Of a stretch of DNA of 64,000 bases, positions 26,143-39,721 are shown one piece after another. Positions within the stretch are counted from its first letter, which is position 1, and each line of letters opens with the position of its first letter. The notes under the pieces are model-generated. The model had not been told where the DNA came from and made no database searches. It was given only the letters and a program-made list of their open reading frames with translations. Source of the stretch: Octopus vulgaris (lineage: Eukaryota); contig OX597817.1 in NCBI GenBank assembly GCA_951406725.2, positions 147,684,001-147,748,000 on the forward strand. The letters are read 5' to 3'. The translations under genes and the position numbers were made by a program.

Positions 26143-26442
26143 AGTAGATAATAACAAAAATCATAGTCGCAACATCAACAATGACAAATCAACAACAATG
26201 ATAAAGCTGATGTCACAACAATAACAACGACAACAGCAACAACACTAAAAAGTATAAACAACAATAACAAAAAACATAAACGACAATGATGGTTTGTAAT
26301 GTAAGCACAAGGCCACCAGTTTTGAGCGGAGGGGTTATGCGATTAGACACCTGCCTGTGTTCTAGTCTTTTATTTTATCAACACCGGAGGGTTGAAATGT
26401 AAAGTTGATCTGAGCAGGATTTGAACTTAGAATATTAACATA

Positions 26443-26611
26443 GGCGCAGGAGTGGCTGTGTGGTAAGTAGATTGCTTACCGACCACATGGTTCCGGGTTC
26501 AGTCCCACTGCGTGGCACCTTGCGCAAGTGCCTTCTACTATAGCCTCGGGCCGACCAAAGCCTTGTTAGTGGATTTGGTAGACGGAAACTGAAAGAAGCC
26601 CGTCGTATATA

Positions 26612-26675
<64 letters not shown>

Positions 26676-27162
26676 TGTGTGTGTGTGTGTTTGTCTTCCC
26701 AACATCACTTCTTGACAACCGATAATGTGTTTACGTCCCCGTAACCTAGCTGTTCGGCGAAAGAGATTGATAGAATAAGTAATAGGTTTACAAAGAATAA
26801 ATCCTGGGTTCGATTTGCTCGACTAAAGGCGGTGCTCCAGCATGGCCACAGTCAAACGACTGAAACAAGTAGAAGAGTAAAGAGATTGCTTGTGAGTGGA
26901 TTTGGTAGATGGAAACTGAAAGAAGCCCACCATATATATGTATATGTATATATTTATATGTGTGTGTTTGTATGTGTTTGTCCCCCAACATCGCTTGACA
27001 ACTGATGCTGGTATGTTTACGTCCCCGTAACTTAGCGGTTCGGCAAAGATACCGATAGAATAAGTACTAGGCTTACAAAGAATAAGACCTGGGGTCGATT
27101 TGCTCGACTAAAGGCGGTGCTCCAGCATGGCCACAGTCAAATGACTGAAACAAGTAAAAGAG
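26443..27162 (+). mobile_element. Young SINE family A with a tandem partial second copy
   Basis: GGCGCAGGAGTGGCTGTGTGGTAAG...GGTTCAGTCCC, central (TA)n(TG)n spacer, tail to about 26885; a headless second unit spans about 26888-27162. Confidence 0.92.
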
Positions 27163-28564
27163 ATGGAGAAGAGAGCGCATGCTTTTCCCTGACGCTCGCT
27201 GTTCTAGAATGAGGAATTACATATTGAACTCAATTCCGATTATCAACGCTGTGTAGTTAGCAGTTCTGTACCAGCATATTCTCTCATTGAGAATATGTTC
27301 TTCGCCGACACAGATTATTTACAGCTAGATGACTCAGAAGAAGAGAGAGAAAACGAAAACGTGAAAAAAGTAATTTTCTAGCAAAAAGAGACGCTGACGG
27401 GTTCTGAACTGCATGAGAAATTTCGGATCACGAAGCAAACCATTGCTGCTCTTACTACTGTCGCCGCCGCAACCACTGCTGCTGTTTAACACGCGCGCAC
27501 ACAAAAGATAAATAAAGAGAAAGAAAACCCTAAACATTAACAATATCTGAAGATAATTAAGGGACTGGATAAAAGATCCTGTTACAATTCAGAAATATTG
27601 CATTTTTATGACGATCTGTTTCCCGTTACCTTTTCTTCTTGTTTGTTTGAGTGCTGCTTTTTGTTGAATTTAATTTAATTTTTTCCCCTTGTATATGATG
27701 TTATCAGAATTAGATCCGACGATATCTAATTTATGTAAAGACAAAAGTTAAAATAACAAGAATGTATAGGAGAGAAAAATAAAATTCAATCATTTACTTT
27801 ACAACTGAAAAGAAAGCAAAATTGCTAAAATTTTTCATTAAAAATAATTAAAACTAGAAATAAATTACATTCTAAGATTTCATGGTTTATATTTCTTACA
27901 CAGCACAAGATAGGTTTATTGTTTCCTATAAAGCAAGTTAATTAAAAAATATAACTGTAGGCATTTAACGTTTAATTTTGAAGTTGACATTATTACTGAA
28001 AATGAAAATTTTTAAAAGTAACAGAACCACTTATTTTGACAGATTCGCTAAGATTTAAATGTGATTTATTGAAAAGATAAGTTGTAGCAGCAACTATAGA
28101 ATTAAACTGTGACAAGCTTCAGCAGTCAGTCGTATATTTGTGTCTATATTCGATTCCCCCTAGATCTAAGATATATTTTACGAAAGAAAAAATACATTTG
28201 AGTAGATTAATCGTACAATTTATCATAAAATAAAGGAGTTTGAACATATCAAATAGGTTAATCATTATATTTTCTATATTTTATTGCTATATAATATTAT
28301 AGAGTCAGGTATACGCTTTTGTGGACATGAAGTATTTGTATTTGCATAAGGACAAATATATATTTGTATATATACAAAAACACACAGGCATACATAATGC
28401 AAACATACATACATGCGTACTTACATAGATTTCGTGGCTCAACATTATTTACAAGCTTTAAACAAGTTGTCTCAACCAGTTCGTCCTGGATCCTCATGAG
28501 CTCAACAACATAGTAACTGATGTGCTGACGGGTAGGAGGAACGGAATGTAGGTATGTGTAAGTT

Positions 28565-28980
28565 GAGGAGCTGGCAGAAACGTTAGCACGCCGGGCGAAA
28601 TGCATAGCCGTATTTCGTCTGCCGTTACGTTCTGAGTTCAAATTCCGCCGAGGTCAACTTTGCCTTTCATCCTTTCGGGGTCGATAAATTAAGTACCAGT
28701 TACGCACTGGGGTCGATGTAATCGACTGAATCCGTTTGGCTGCCCTTGTTTGTCCCCTTTATGTTTAGCCCCTTGTGGGTAATAAAGAAATAGGTATTTC
28801 GTCTGCCCTTACGTTCTTAGTTCAAATTACGCCGAAGTCGACTTTGCCTTTCACCCTTTCGGGGTCGATAAATTAAGTACCAGTTACACACTGGGTCGAT
28901 GTAATCGACTTAATCCCTTTGTCTGTTTTTGTTTGTCCACTCTATGTTTAGCCCCTTGTGGGTAGTAAAGAAATAGAAAT
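28565..28980 (+). mobile_element. Dimeric SINE family B
   Basis: Head plus two bodies, each ending GTAA(T)AAAGAAATAG. Confidence 0.9.
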
Positions 28981-29952
28981 CAATGAGTAGTAGGGACATT
29001 CTAAGCGTGAGCAGTACTACTATATCAGCCATTTATAATTTTTGGTCTGCCATGTGTCTAGGACATAATGCATACCTATATCTCGGTTTGAGCCTGTTCT
29101 TCCTAGAATGAGGACGCAAGTTTCTGGCAGAAACAAAAGCTTCATAAGTGGAATTTGGATTGGATAACAGCATCGATAATTATTAAATATTGAAATTTAA
29201 GAAAGCTTTGCCTGTTTTTCCTGTCTCGTCTAGAAATTTTCGCTAGGAAATATCTATTAGCGAATATCTTTTGTTTCTTTGCTTAGCCTCGGGTCAACCC
29301 GTGCGTCATTAGTGATAATAATCAAACGGGATCCTATAAGATCCCATCGAATGCATTGCATCTGTAATCCAAAAGGTACGGCCTTGTCGCACAACATGTC
29401 ACTCATTCTGTCAGAGAATTACGTTTTCGCTCGACCTGGCTGGGAGATGCTGTGCATTTCCAAACTCATTCAATGGTCTGGTGATACATTTGAATGGACA
29501 ACTGAACCTTCCTCGTCGAAACCGACTGCAAAGAGCAAGCACATACGCACACACAGACAAACACAAATACAAACAAACAAACAAAGAAACACTACACACT
29601 CACACACCACACATACACACACACGCACAACTTTTAAAAGTCATCTCTACAGGTTTTCCATAGAAACTAGAGCTAGCACTGGAAGTTACAACCTTTCGTG
29701 TACAAATATATTTATGTAAAAGATGCGATCGAAGAAATCTGAATAGATAATGGTTGTGTGTATATACATATTTCAGGAATTCTTGCTCTTCCTTCAGTGT
29801 CCAATCAAACCCATTAACTACCAACAAATACATTGCTTAAATAGTCACCAAATAAATATTTGAATTGCATTGCTTACACAGGTGGGGCGCAATGTTGATT
29901 TCTAAGCCTTTAATATACTTCATCGTATATTATAGTTGCATAATGAAATACG

Positions 29953-30185
29953 TATTTCTTTACTACCCACAAGGGGCTAAACACAGAGAAGACAAACAAG
30001 GACAGACAAACAGATTAAGTCGATTATATCGACCCCAGTGCGTAACTGGTACTTAATTTATTGACCCCGAAAGGATGAAAGGCAAAGTCGACCTCGGCGG
30101 AATTTGAACTCAGAACGTAACGGCAGACGAAATACGGCTACGCATTTCGCCCGTCGTGCTAACGTTTCTGCCAGCTCACCGCCTT
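29953..30185 (-). mobile_element. SINE family B with 17-bp TSD
   Basis: TTGCATAATGAAATACG at 29936-29952 and 30186-30202. Confidence 0.92.
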
Positions 30186-30503
30186 TTGCATAATGAAATA
30201 CGGTGTCCCTACCAGTAATTATTGTGTATGTACCAGGGGCCTGGAATGTTTTTAATATGTAAAATCGATATATCCAATTGCAATACACTGCTGTATTTGG
30301 GATCGTTTTGTTCGACTAGCTACTTCAAGGCGGCGTCTTTGTGTGGTTGTAGTCCAATGACTAAAATAAATAATGGATAAAAATATGTTTTCTTTTTTGT
30401 ATAGACTTTACTCTGAGTATCCACTAGTCGACATTCAGTCTGAACATCTGCAGGCATCGACTGCTAGGGTCACGAATACCACAACATTAGCTATACAACC
30501 AAA

Positions 30504-30894
30504 TCTCTCTATATATAAAGCTGAAGTTGTCTGTGTATGGCAGGTTTGGTAGCCTTCAACTAACACTATCTCCTCCGAGACCCTGCAGCACAAGTTGACC
30601 AAAATTGAGAGTATGATAGAAGACTCGCTCTTCCTTCCGTAGAAGAGAAAATTCAAATCGGACCATGTTAATACCAAATATTATTTACATCAAAAAGGTG
30701 CTTTTTTTTCTATGAAAATCCCTATTTTTTTACGATTTTTTGACTGTTGTCTCGCCATTTTTCGGTGTATTTCAACCAGAAAAATGTTCACTTAAAGAGA
30801 ATAACAAGCTACATAATGCAAATTTTTTACTTTTCAAAAATTCCAATTCTAAAGGGCCGAAACAAACCCGAGCAACGTCGGGTGATACTGCTAG
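30504..30894 (+). mobile_element. Non-autonomous Helitron-like element
   Basis: 5' TCTCTCTATATATAAAGCTGAAGTTGTCTGTG; 3' hairpin CCCGAGCAACGTCGGG followed 8 nt later by CTAG; no TSD seen. Confidence 0.75.
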
Positions 30895-31039
30895 CGTTTA
30901 ATAAATGTGTTAAAACATTTGTAACCGCCATAAATGCAGCAACATTAACATTAAAAAAATATACTGTATTCTTAAATGGACTGTGAATACTATTGCTAGA
31001 AGGACTAAGTTTATACGAAGTTGTAATAATAAATGTGTT

Positions 31040-31245
31040 TCCCCCCACACACACACACCAACATCGCTTGACAATCGATGCTGGTGTGTTTACGTTCCGT
31101 AACTTAGCGGTTCAGCAAAAGAGACCGATAGAATAAGTAATAGGCTTACAAAGAATAAGTCCTAGGGTCGATTTGCTCGACTAAAGGCAGTGCTCCAGCA
31201 TGGCCACTGTAAAATGACTGAAACAAGTACAAGAGTAAAAGAGAT
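31040..31245 (+). mobile_element. SINE family A 3' half
   Basis: CAACATCGCTTGACAA...AAATGACTGAAACAAGT..AAGAGTAAAAGAG. Confidence 0.85.
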
Positions 31246-31283
31246 TGCTTGCGTGTGCGTATCTGTGCGTGTGTGTGTGTATA

Positions 31284-31321
<38 letters not shown>

Positions 31322-31942
31322 TGAATTGATTTAGATAATAAAAAAAAGCTATAAAGAACAATGCAATTTCGTCTCCAAAATCAGAAACATACACTTCACA
31401 CAATTCCTCCTACCATTTCTTTCATACACGAATTATACTATACACTCACCTCCTTCCCCCACACATATATGTACACACAAATATGTGTGTGTGTGTGTGT
31501 GTGTGCGTGTGCGTGCTGTGCATGTATACTTGCATTCATTTTATATTCTTGTGAAAAAATATTTTGCATGAGACTGTTTTAGACACGAGTATTAATGTAT
31601 AATTTTATACGAGTAACATAGTCATTTTAGGAGTTCAAAAACGTGTTAGCAATGAAGAACGGAGTTTTCCACTTGATAGTTTCCACGTGATAGTTTTAAA
31701 AGTTGGTTGTTTGTCTGGTATGTTGATTTTGTTTGTTCATTATAAATCATGAATTATGCTTGAACTGATGTGTAAAGAATGCACCACTGCTCTGATTATG
31801 AAATCACAGTGATCTGCAGCTGAATTCTGTTTTTAAATGACTTGCTTCGATAGTTGCATTCGGTACAATGTGTCTATCTATTTTAGCAGTTTTGACTTTA
31901 AGAGTCCCTCCTGGCGTGTGGCATTTATGTGTAATAATGCCC

Positions 31943-32006
<64 letters not shown>

Positions 32007-32039
32007 TTATGTATGTATGTATGTATGTATGTATATTTA

Positions 32040-32605
32040 TAAAATCGTTACAGAAAATTCAACAAAAAAGTACTCCATCTGGTGAGAGATACATATTATT
32101 TAAAGGTCACAATACATGTATTAAAATGCTACTAATAGTTTCATATGTTGAGAGAACTCGAGCATATTCTTCAGGCGCAACCCACATATAATAATAAACT
32201 AAAAAATTGGATAAATAGAAGAAATGTGATGAAGCTGTGAAGGCTGCATATAGAAAATGCTGACAGTAAACAACGGGAAATGAAACTAAAGTGACAAAAG
32301 GTAAATAGTGCTATCCTCTTAGGCCTTAAATGATAAAGCTGCAAAAGATATCAAGTCAGTCAGGAATAGGCAGAATTGTCCAATTCCTCAGAATATATTT
32401 ATACATATGCATGCAACCACTGAATATTTCTGACCTGGAGTTCAATAGAGTGTTAGAGATCTTAGATCTGAACAGGATCTGCGCTCTTTCAGCCAAACAA
32501 AGCCTACATTTATTCGATCCATTCACATAAGGTATGGATTTCTCAATTACTTTCCATTTAATCACGTGCGGTGTTTTGTTATCTTTCAAAGTCCACACGT
32601 ATCTA
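32040..32605 (-). mobile_element. Penelope-like element 3' end (endonuclease-region C-terminus plus HHR-bearing pseudo-LTR) between TA tracts
   Basis: YVWTLKDNKTPHVIKWKVIEKSIPYVNGSNKCRLCLAERAQILFR..TLLNSRSEIFSGCMH fits the PLE C-terminal W.LK..IKW.I..C.LC..E..LLN.R.E..C.H pattern. Confidence 0.85.
32126..32178 (-). ncRNA. Type I hammerhead ribozyme in a Penelope pseudo-LTR
   Basis: Minus strand GCGC-CTGAAGA-ATATG(ctcgagttctctcaa)CATAT-GAAA-CTATTAG-TA-GCAT. Core intact, GUA site; stem I has one mismatch and one G-U pair. Confidence 0.7.
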
Positions 32606-32606
32606 A

Positions 32607-32687
<81 letters not shown>

Positions 32688-32769
32688 GGTGTGGGTGTGG
32701 GTGTGTGTGGGTGTAGAAAGTTGAAAAGGAACACACGAGTTGATATATATGGAAAGAAATTCAAAATAG

Positions 32770-32842
32770 AAAATGCTAAAATAATTTTATAAAAAAACAT
32801 TTCAGTGAAATGTGTTTTTTATAAAATTATTTTAGCATATAC
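32770..32842. repeat. AT-rich inverted repeat (foldback) between microsatellites
   Basis: ATGCTAAAATAATTTTATAAAAAA.ACATTTCA-G-TGAAATGTGTTTTTTATAAAATTATTTTAGCAT. Confidence 0.8.
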
Positions 32843-32861
32843 TATCTTGACACTTTTGGCA

Positions 32862-32901
<40 letters not shown>

Positions 32902-32961
32902 AATTTATATATATATATATTTATATATATATACATATATATATATATTTATATATATGTA

Positions 32962-33014
<53 letters not shown>

Positions 33015-33016
<2 letters not shown>

Positions 33017-33170
33017 GACGAGCTTTCACACAATTTCCGTCTACAAAATTTACTGACAAGCCATTGCTCGGTCCGAGATATAGAAGAGTACCGTTTCCCA
33101 AGGTGTTATACAGTGGAACTGAGTCATAATCCACTTTGCTGCAAATCGGGCTTCTCAACAAGAAGGCTAT
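33015..33170 (-). mobile_element. Diverged SINE family A head
   Basis: ACGACGAGCTT..TTTCCGTCTAC..TATAGAAGA..CCCAAGGTG. Confidence 0.6.
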
Positions 33171-33804
33171 GTTTATTTTTATATTTTTCAATAGAAAACA
33201 CACCATTTCCCATAATGTCGTGTTATATTTATGCTACAGAACAGTATAGACTGGGAATGTATCAATTATTATTCTTTTCGGATAGAAATTAATTTCTTCT
33301 GTTTTCTTGAAGATTTTCGAATCCTGCTACGAAAGGAATCTATATTTGTTCAAATCTAATGGTTTGTAGAAAACATAATGTTATGCATATGTACATTTTG
33401 CCAATCTCAAGGAATGAATATTTTAAGGAATTTTCGCAAGCCATTTCAACTTCAAACTTGAGAGCATAAGATTCCAAAATTAATCTGCGAATAGGAACTT
33501 TCTCATTTTAGATACGTCACCTCTGCTTAAAGAAACTATCGACATAATTGGCACATGTTTTGGTGCGTCTCTTCATAGTAACGTAATATAATATTGAAGG
33601 TGGAATATATTTCCTTATCCAACAGAATTGGGTAAATACACTTCTTTCTGTAACGCAAAATGATTGCGTTGTGTTATATTTATTTAACAAGGTTGTAAGG
33701 CTCACAGTAATATACATATATAGATACATGTATATATATATATACATACATACATACATATATACATAGATAGATAGATAGATACATGTGTGTGTATATA
33801 TATG

Positions 33805-33841
<37 letters not shown>

Positions 33842-33842
33842 G

Positions 33843-33874
<32 letters not shown>

Positions 33875-36311
33875 CATATATATATACATATATATATATA
33901 TATAAATATGAATATACATGTATATGTAGATATATATTTATGTATATGTACATATATGTGTGTATGTGTGTATGTGCATGCGTCTGTGTGTGTGTGTTTC
34001 TTTTTAAATCATATATGAGTAAATATATCGCCATTTCAAACGGAAGGAGATTCAATTATTTTTTCCGACAACATCTATTACTATAGAGAATTGTAGATAC
34101 ACGATTACTACCGAATAAAGAAAAATGAAATTGAAGAAAAAAAGGACTGCTTTGCATATTATCTCTCTGATGACTTATCCAAAGGAAAATGGAGAATTGA
34201 CAATTTACATACGTAAGAAAAACACATAAGGCTGACTTACTGAATCAAAGAACACTAATGAAATAATATTCATTTATACAGATAAACAGTTAATGTGTTG
34301 TATGTGTTTGTGCTTGCCAGCTGACATCTCGCCTCCGAAAACTGGCTGATATGATTGTTTGTAACAAGCAAAGAGTAAGCATATCGAAAACAAGCATCGG
34401 AATGCTGGATTTTGGTGGGAAGTCATTAAGCGAATTACCGATTTGGCTGCAAAGCTGTCAGAAACTATTAAACGTGACAAAGTCTATCTGACAAAAAGAA
34501 TTGGTGCCATGACTGTTTCTTGAAATCTTTGCCCCCTGGTTTAACTGAATTGGAAGCAATTTATGGCAGAGGAATTTCCAAGGTCACAGACTGATGTTTA
34601 GTAAGATATATACAGTCGTGTTTTGGAAGATATATTCGCATGACAGAAACACAGATGTATACGATTACACTTTTCAACATGTCTGTTTTATGCTACAGGA
34701 GAATTCTTAGACACTTTTTGTCATTTTTAACCGCAGATTTTTCGCATGAAAACTAGGAGATACTCATCCCTATCCCTGTCATCGAATTATATAAATATTT
34801 TTTCTGATCACCCTCCGCATGATAACTCTTCATAGCGATTTAGCTTTATGTAAACATTGCTGATTCTATTTCAGCATATAATATTCAAAGTTACACGAAA
34901 TAACAGCTACTGATAAAAAAAAAACATGTAATATGTCGATAAATAAAGGAAGTAATATATCTGATATGCAGAGGAGGGAAAAGGCTGCAGCACACTGCAG
35001 CGAGGTTCTCTTCTATATACATTCATACTGGCTTAAAGCCAAGCGGAATGAACATTATTTGTAGCTCGATGTATGCAGCCAATATTGGTGAAGCAGTTTA
35101 TTGCATTGAAAACCATTAATTAGTTTGAGAGGAAATAGCAGCATCTGAAAATTAAACAGTTTCGTCAATAAACCATGTTCCAGAGACAAACACCGCCCCC
35201 CGACGCTAAATTGGCCCAAATAATCCATCATAGAGTTAGAATTTAGTTGTTATCGTTTTGTACATAGGAATGCAGCTGCCGGATTGTTAAATCATATTAA
35301 ATTATCAAACTTCACGTACAGTAGACGAATACTCAATACAAATGAACAGCTTTACAGCACATCGTTTTGCTGCTGGTGCTGTTGTTGTTGTTGTTGTTGA
35401 TACTGCTGATACTGATATTGTTGACGTTGTTGTTGATGGAGCTGTTGTGTAACACCTGACCAGCTTCAGTTGAAGAGAATTAATGTCATGCAAGGAGTCT
35501 GGCAAACGACTAGATGCAATTCTCACTCCTATCATTCTGGATGTACACCGCTACGGCGACCTGAACAACAACATTATATATTATAATATCTGTATCATAA
35601 TTTCGAACTATTATCACATATGGAACTATTACTTACGGAATTTATTTATTGATACGGTTGTACACTGGGTAAATGTGTTTGAAGTTGTGGTTTCTTTGGT
35701 TTGTTTGTTCCCCCAAAACACTTATTTTAGTGCTGTTGATACCGTCGGATTGAATGGTACTGCCCAGGTATCGAAACCATAATGATATACGTGGGGCAGC
35801 TGATGATGGAGATATGTTGGATTGTTGGTTAGGCTGAGGAATAGTATTTTGATAATACTATGTATTATAATATTGGTTTCAAATTTTGGCAGAGGTGGGT
35901 AATTCCATCTTGAAAAAGCTGTGCTTACATCATCAAATTTTTTATTTGCTATTTAGACAGATACAAACGACGGATTTTCTATCTGTAGCTGATAAAGTGG
36001 AACGACGCAGAAGCATGGATCCTCAAGTCCTATGAAGTATTCGCAAACTTTGCGTATAAGAAGGATTACTCTCGATTAGACACTTACTGTAGTGAAGGTC
36101 TTAGAGCATTTAAGTGTACAAGAACGAGTTAAAAATATGTGTACCTCTCTTTATTGCATTCATATATGTGTACATTAAAACGTGAATAGACATACGTGCA
36201 TACATATATACATGCAAGCAATCATACACACATACCTATATATGCAGACACACACACATATGTAAACGCATATATCCCCCCATATACATAGAGACATATA
36301 TATATACATAT

Positions 36312-36402
<91 letters not shown>

Positions 36403-36428
36403 CACACAACACACACACACACACACAC

Positions 36429-36469
<41 letters not shown>

Positions 36470-36474
36470 ATATA

Positions 36475-36633
36475 GGCGCAGGAGCAGCTGTGTGGTAAGT
36501 AGTTTGCTTACCAACCACATGATTCCGGGTTCAGTCCCACTCCATGGCACCTTGGGGAAATGTCTTCTACTATAGCCTCGGGCCGATCTAAGCTTTGTGA
36601 GTGGATTTGGTGGACGGAAACTAAAAGAAGCCC

Positions 36634-36727
<94 letters not shown>

Positions 36728-36990
36728 GTGTATGCGTGTGTGTGTATATACGTGTGTGTGTATATGCGTGTGTGTGTGTGTTTGTCGCCCCCCCCCCCAA
36801 AAAAAAACATTGCTTGACAACCGATGCTGGTGTGATTACTTCCCCGTAATTTAACGGTTCGACAAAAGAGACCGATCGAATAAGTACTAGGCTTACAAAT
36901 AATAAGTCCTAGGATCGAATTGCTCGACTAAATGCGGTACTCCAGCATGGTCGCGGTCAAATGACTGAAACAATTAAAATAATAAAAGAA
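36475..36990 (+). mobile_element. SINE family A with central (TA)n(TG)n spacer
   Basis: Complete head, spacer and tail. Confidence 0.92.
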
Positions 36991-38153
36991 TATATATATC
37001 ACCATACATACGTACGTATATGTACTTATATGAATTTATATACAAGCAAGTAGTTTTGTTTATAAGGGACCCATAAAAGATCAATGTATAACAAAGTTAG
37101 ACACGCCACTGATTGGCTAGACAGAATCACACAAAATAAACAGATTAGTATTTCACTTCCTTCGCACGGAAGGCACTGATGAAGGAACATCACCGTTGTA
37201 TGGTAATCCGTAATTCCAATACTGTCCAAAAGTATCCAACTATGAATAGCATCCTAAGTATGACCTAACAAAATAATAAACACCGTCGAATGCTTTATCT
37301 GGTATTTCTACAATTGTTTCATTAGGATTTTTTTTTATATTCACGTAAGCATTATAAAATCAGATATATTCTGTAATTCGTTACATGACTCCCAACTCAT
37401 CAGGCACTCAGATAAATATGTGAGGAACGACTACATAAATGTGTTTAGGACACGCGAGCACACATATTTACGCATATAAATATTTATACATATAGATTTA
37501 TTTATACACATACACACACACAGAGCTATGTATATATGTTTATGTATAAGTATATATACGCGCGTGTGTGTGTTTATGCGTTATTGATTACGGACGAGTG
37601 TTAAATCACTCAAGAAAAGATCATAAAAATTTCATTTGATTTGGCAAACCCAAACTGCCATAAAACTATAAGTTTTAACACATGTCACAATGAGTGTAGC
37701 GTCACTCAACACCTCTTATGAAAGTCTATCACTGATTGATGATTCAGTCGTTAAGTCTTTTAATTGAATCTCGTAGTCTGAGTCTGTTTTCAGAAGAATG
37801 ATACAAACATACATACGTATATACATAGATACGCACACTCACATATACTATCTGCCGGATATGTATGTGCATATCAATGCATATGAATGTGTCTCTTCCT
37901 TATTTAATCATTTCATTTCTCTCTCAGAAGAAGGAGCTGGTTTCTAAAAAAAGATACAAAGCTCTATCTTTGGAATGTAGATAACGAAAACAACGTCACT
38001 TTCTAAACCTGAAGAAAAAAAGTCTTAAATAGTTCTACTGTTCCGCTTACAAATTTTATTTGTAATTTGCGAATAAGGTGGCTGATTTCTTTTTCTGAAA
38101 ATCAAAGTCTATCCAGACTAACAGGTAGGCATTTACTTACAAAACCAGCACCT

Positions 38154-38420
38154 ATGTATGTATGTATGTATGTATGTATGTATGTATGTATGTATGTATG
38201 TATGTATGTATGTATGTATGTATGTATGTATGTATGTATGTATGTATGTATGTATGTATGTATGTATGTATGTATGTATGTATGTATGTATGTATGTATG
38301 TATGTATGTATGTATGTATGTATGTATGTATGTATTTGTATGTATGTATGTATGTATGTATGTATGTATGTATGTATTTGTATGCATGTGTGTATGTATG
38401 TATGTTTAACTATATGTATA
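38154..38420. repeat. (TATG)n tetranucleotide microsatellite
   Basis: Long nearly pure array. Confidence 0.95.
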
Positions 38421-38688
38421 TATGTATGTTTATATAGATGGTTTAAGCTACTTTTTCTGACCGAGAGGATGCAAAAGTCTGCCGTCTCTCCTTATTTTCT
38501 CTCTCTCAATCTTCTTGAAGGTGTCTGTTCGAAACATCGGAATTTCCACACCAGGCGGCACATGCACAGTGCTTCTCTTTTTATGATTTTATTAACAATT
38601 ACCGACACAGAAAAACACAAAATTCTATGTGTGAACCCGCGACTATGTGGTTAGGAAGCAAGCTTCTTACCACACGGCCATGCCCGCA

Positions 38689-38748
<60 letters not shown>

Positions 38749-38749
38749 C

Positions 38750-39557
38750 ACAAATTGGAAATATTTGCTAATGTCTCTAAGCTCCAGAAAATTATCATTA
38801 AAGAAGACCGAACTCAACTCCAGTCTGAACTACATGCTGTGAGTCAATGGGCAGATTAAAAAATACAACTATTCGAGGGAAAATTTGAGCTGATGCATTT
38901 TCGAAAAAAGACTATACTAAAACAGCCATACTCTCTTCCTTCGGGGGTACCTCTCACACCTTGTAATAATATCAGAGACCTAGGAATAATTGTTGATAAC
39001 AATCTCACTTGGAATGCCCTCATCCACAATAAGGTCGATATTGCTCGTAGGATGAGCTCCTGGATCCTAAGAACTTACGGGTCCAAAGAACAAGGTATCA
39101 TCATTCCACTGTTCTCCTCCTTTATACGGCTACGCCTCGAATGCTGTTGTCCTCTGTGGTTTCCCTATATAAAACAAAACATCACGAAAATTGAATCAAC
39201 CCAGATGTCATTCCGTAAAAGAATTAATGGCGTGACTGATCTCGATTACTGGGACCGCCTTTAAGCATTGAAACTTATCCTCTCCAGCGCCGCCGCGAGC
39301 GATACATCATTTGCACGTTGTTGAAAGTATGCCACCAGCATTACCCAAACGACCTCAGCAGTAGCTTCAAAATTCATCCAAAGCTAGGACTACGGGCCAT
39401 ACATCCCCTACCCAATTACGGATCACAACACATAACTACACTGCAACACAATTTCTTTTCCTCAACAGGCCCTGCAAAGAGGAAAAGGATTTCAGTGCCT
39501 TTAAACGGAATCTGGACAAATTTCTTCAAGGAATATAAGATAAGCCACTTATACCTG
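38750..39557 (+). pseudogene. CR1/L2-type LINE RT C-terminal fragment
   Basis: IFANVSKLQ..DRTQLQSELHAVSQWAD, IRDLGIIVDNNLTW, SWILRT, LFSSFIRLRLECCCPLWFPY..KIESTQ, DYWDRL and LQRRRERY, with stops and frameshifts. Confidence 0.88.
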
Positions 39558-39721
39558 GATCAGTTGAGATTTTATTCAACATATTCCCCTCTAAGATTCA
39601 CACACTTATTGCACCTTTCCTTCAGTTTTTCTAAGCCCTGTTAATGAACCCCAAAGGTTGGACTTCGAACCAGGCCTTTCCTGATAGCCTTAAAACCAGG
39701 AACTTTTCAGCATCCCCTCGT
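39558..39721 (-). mobile_element. Partial mariner-derived MITE (same family as 59081-59288)
   Basis: Minus strand encodes the mariner end CNKCVNLRGEYVE*; TIR AAAACCAGGAACTTTTCAGCATCCCCTCG. Confidence 0.75.

Noticed and set aside
34165-34195. CTGATGA-CTTATCCAAAG-GAAA
   Set aside because: No stem III or cleavage triplet; expected by chance.
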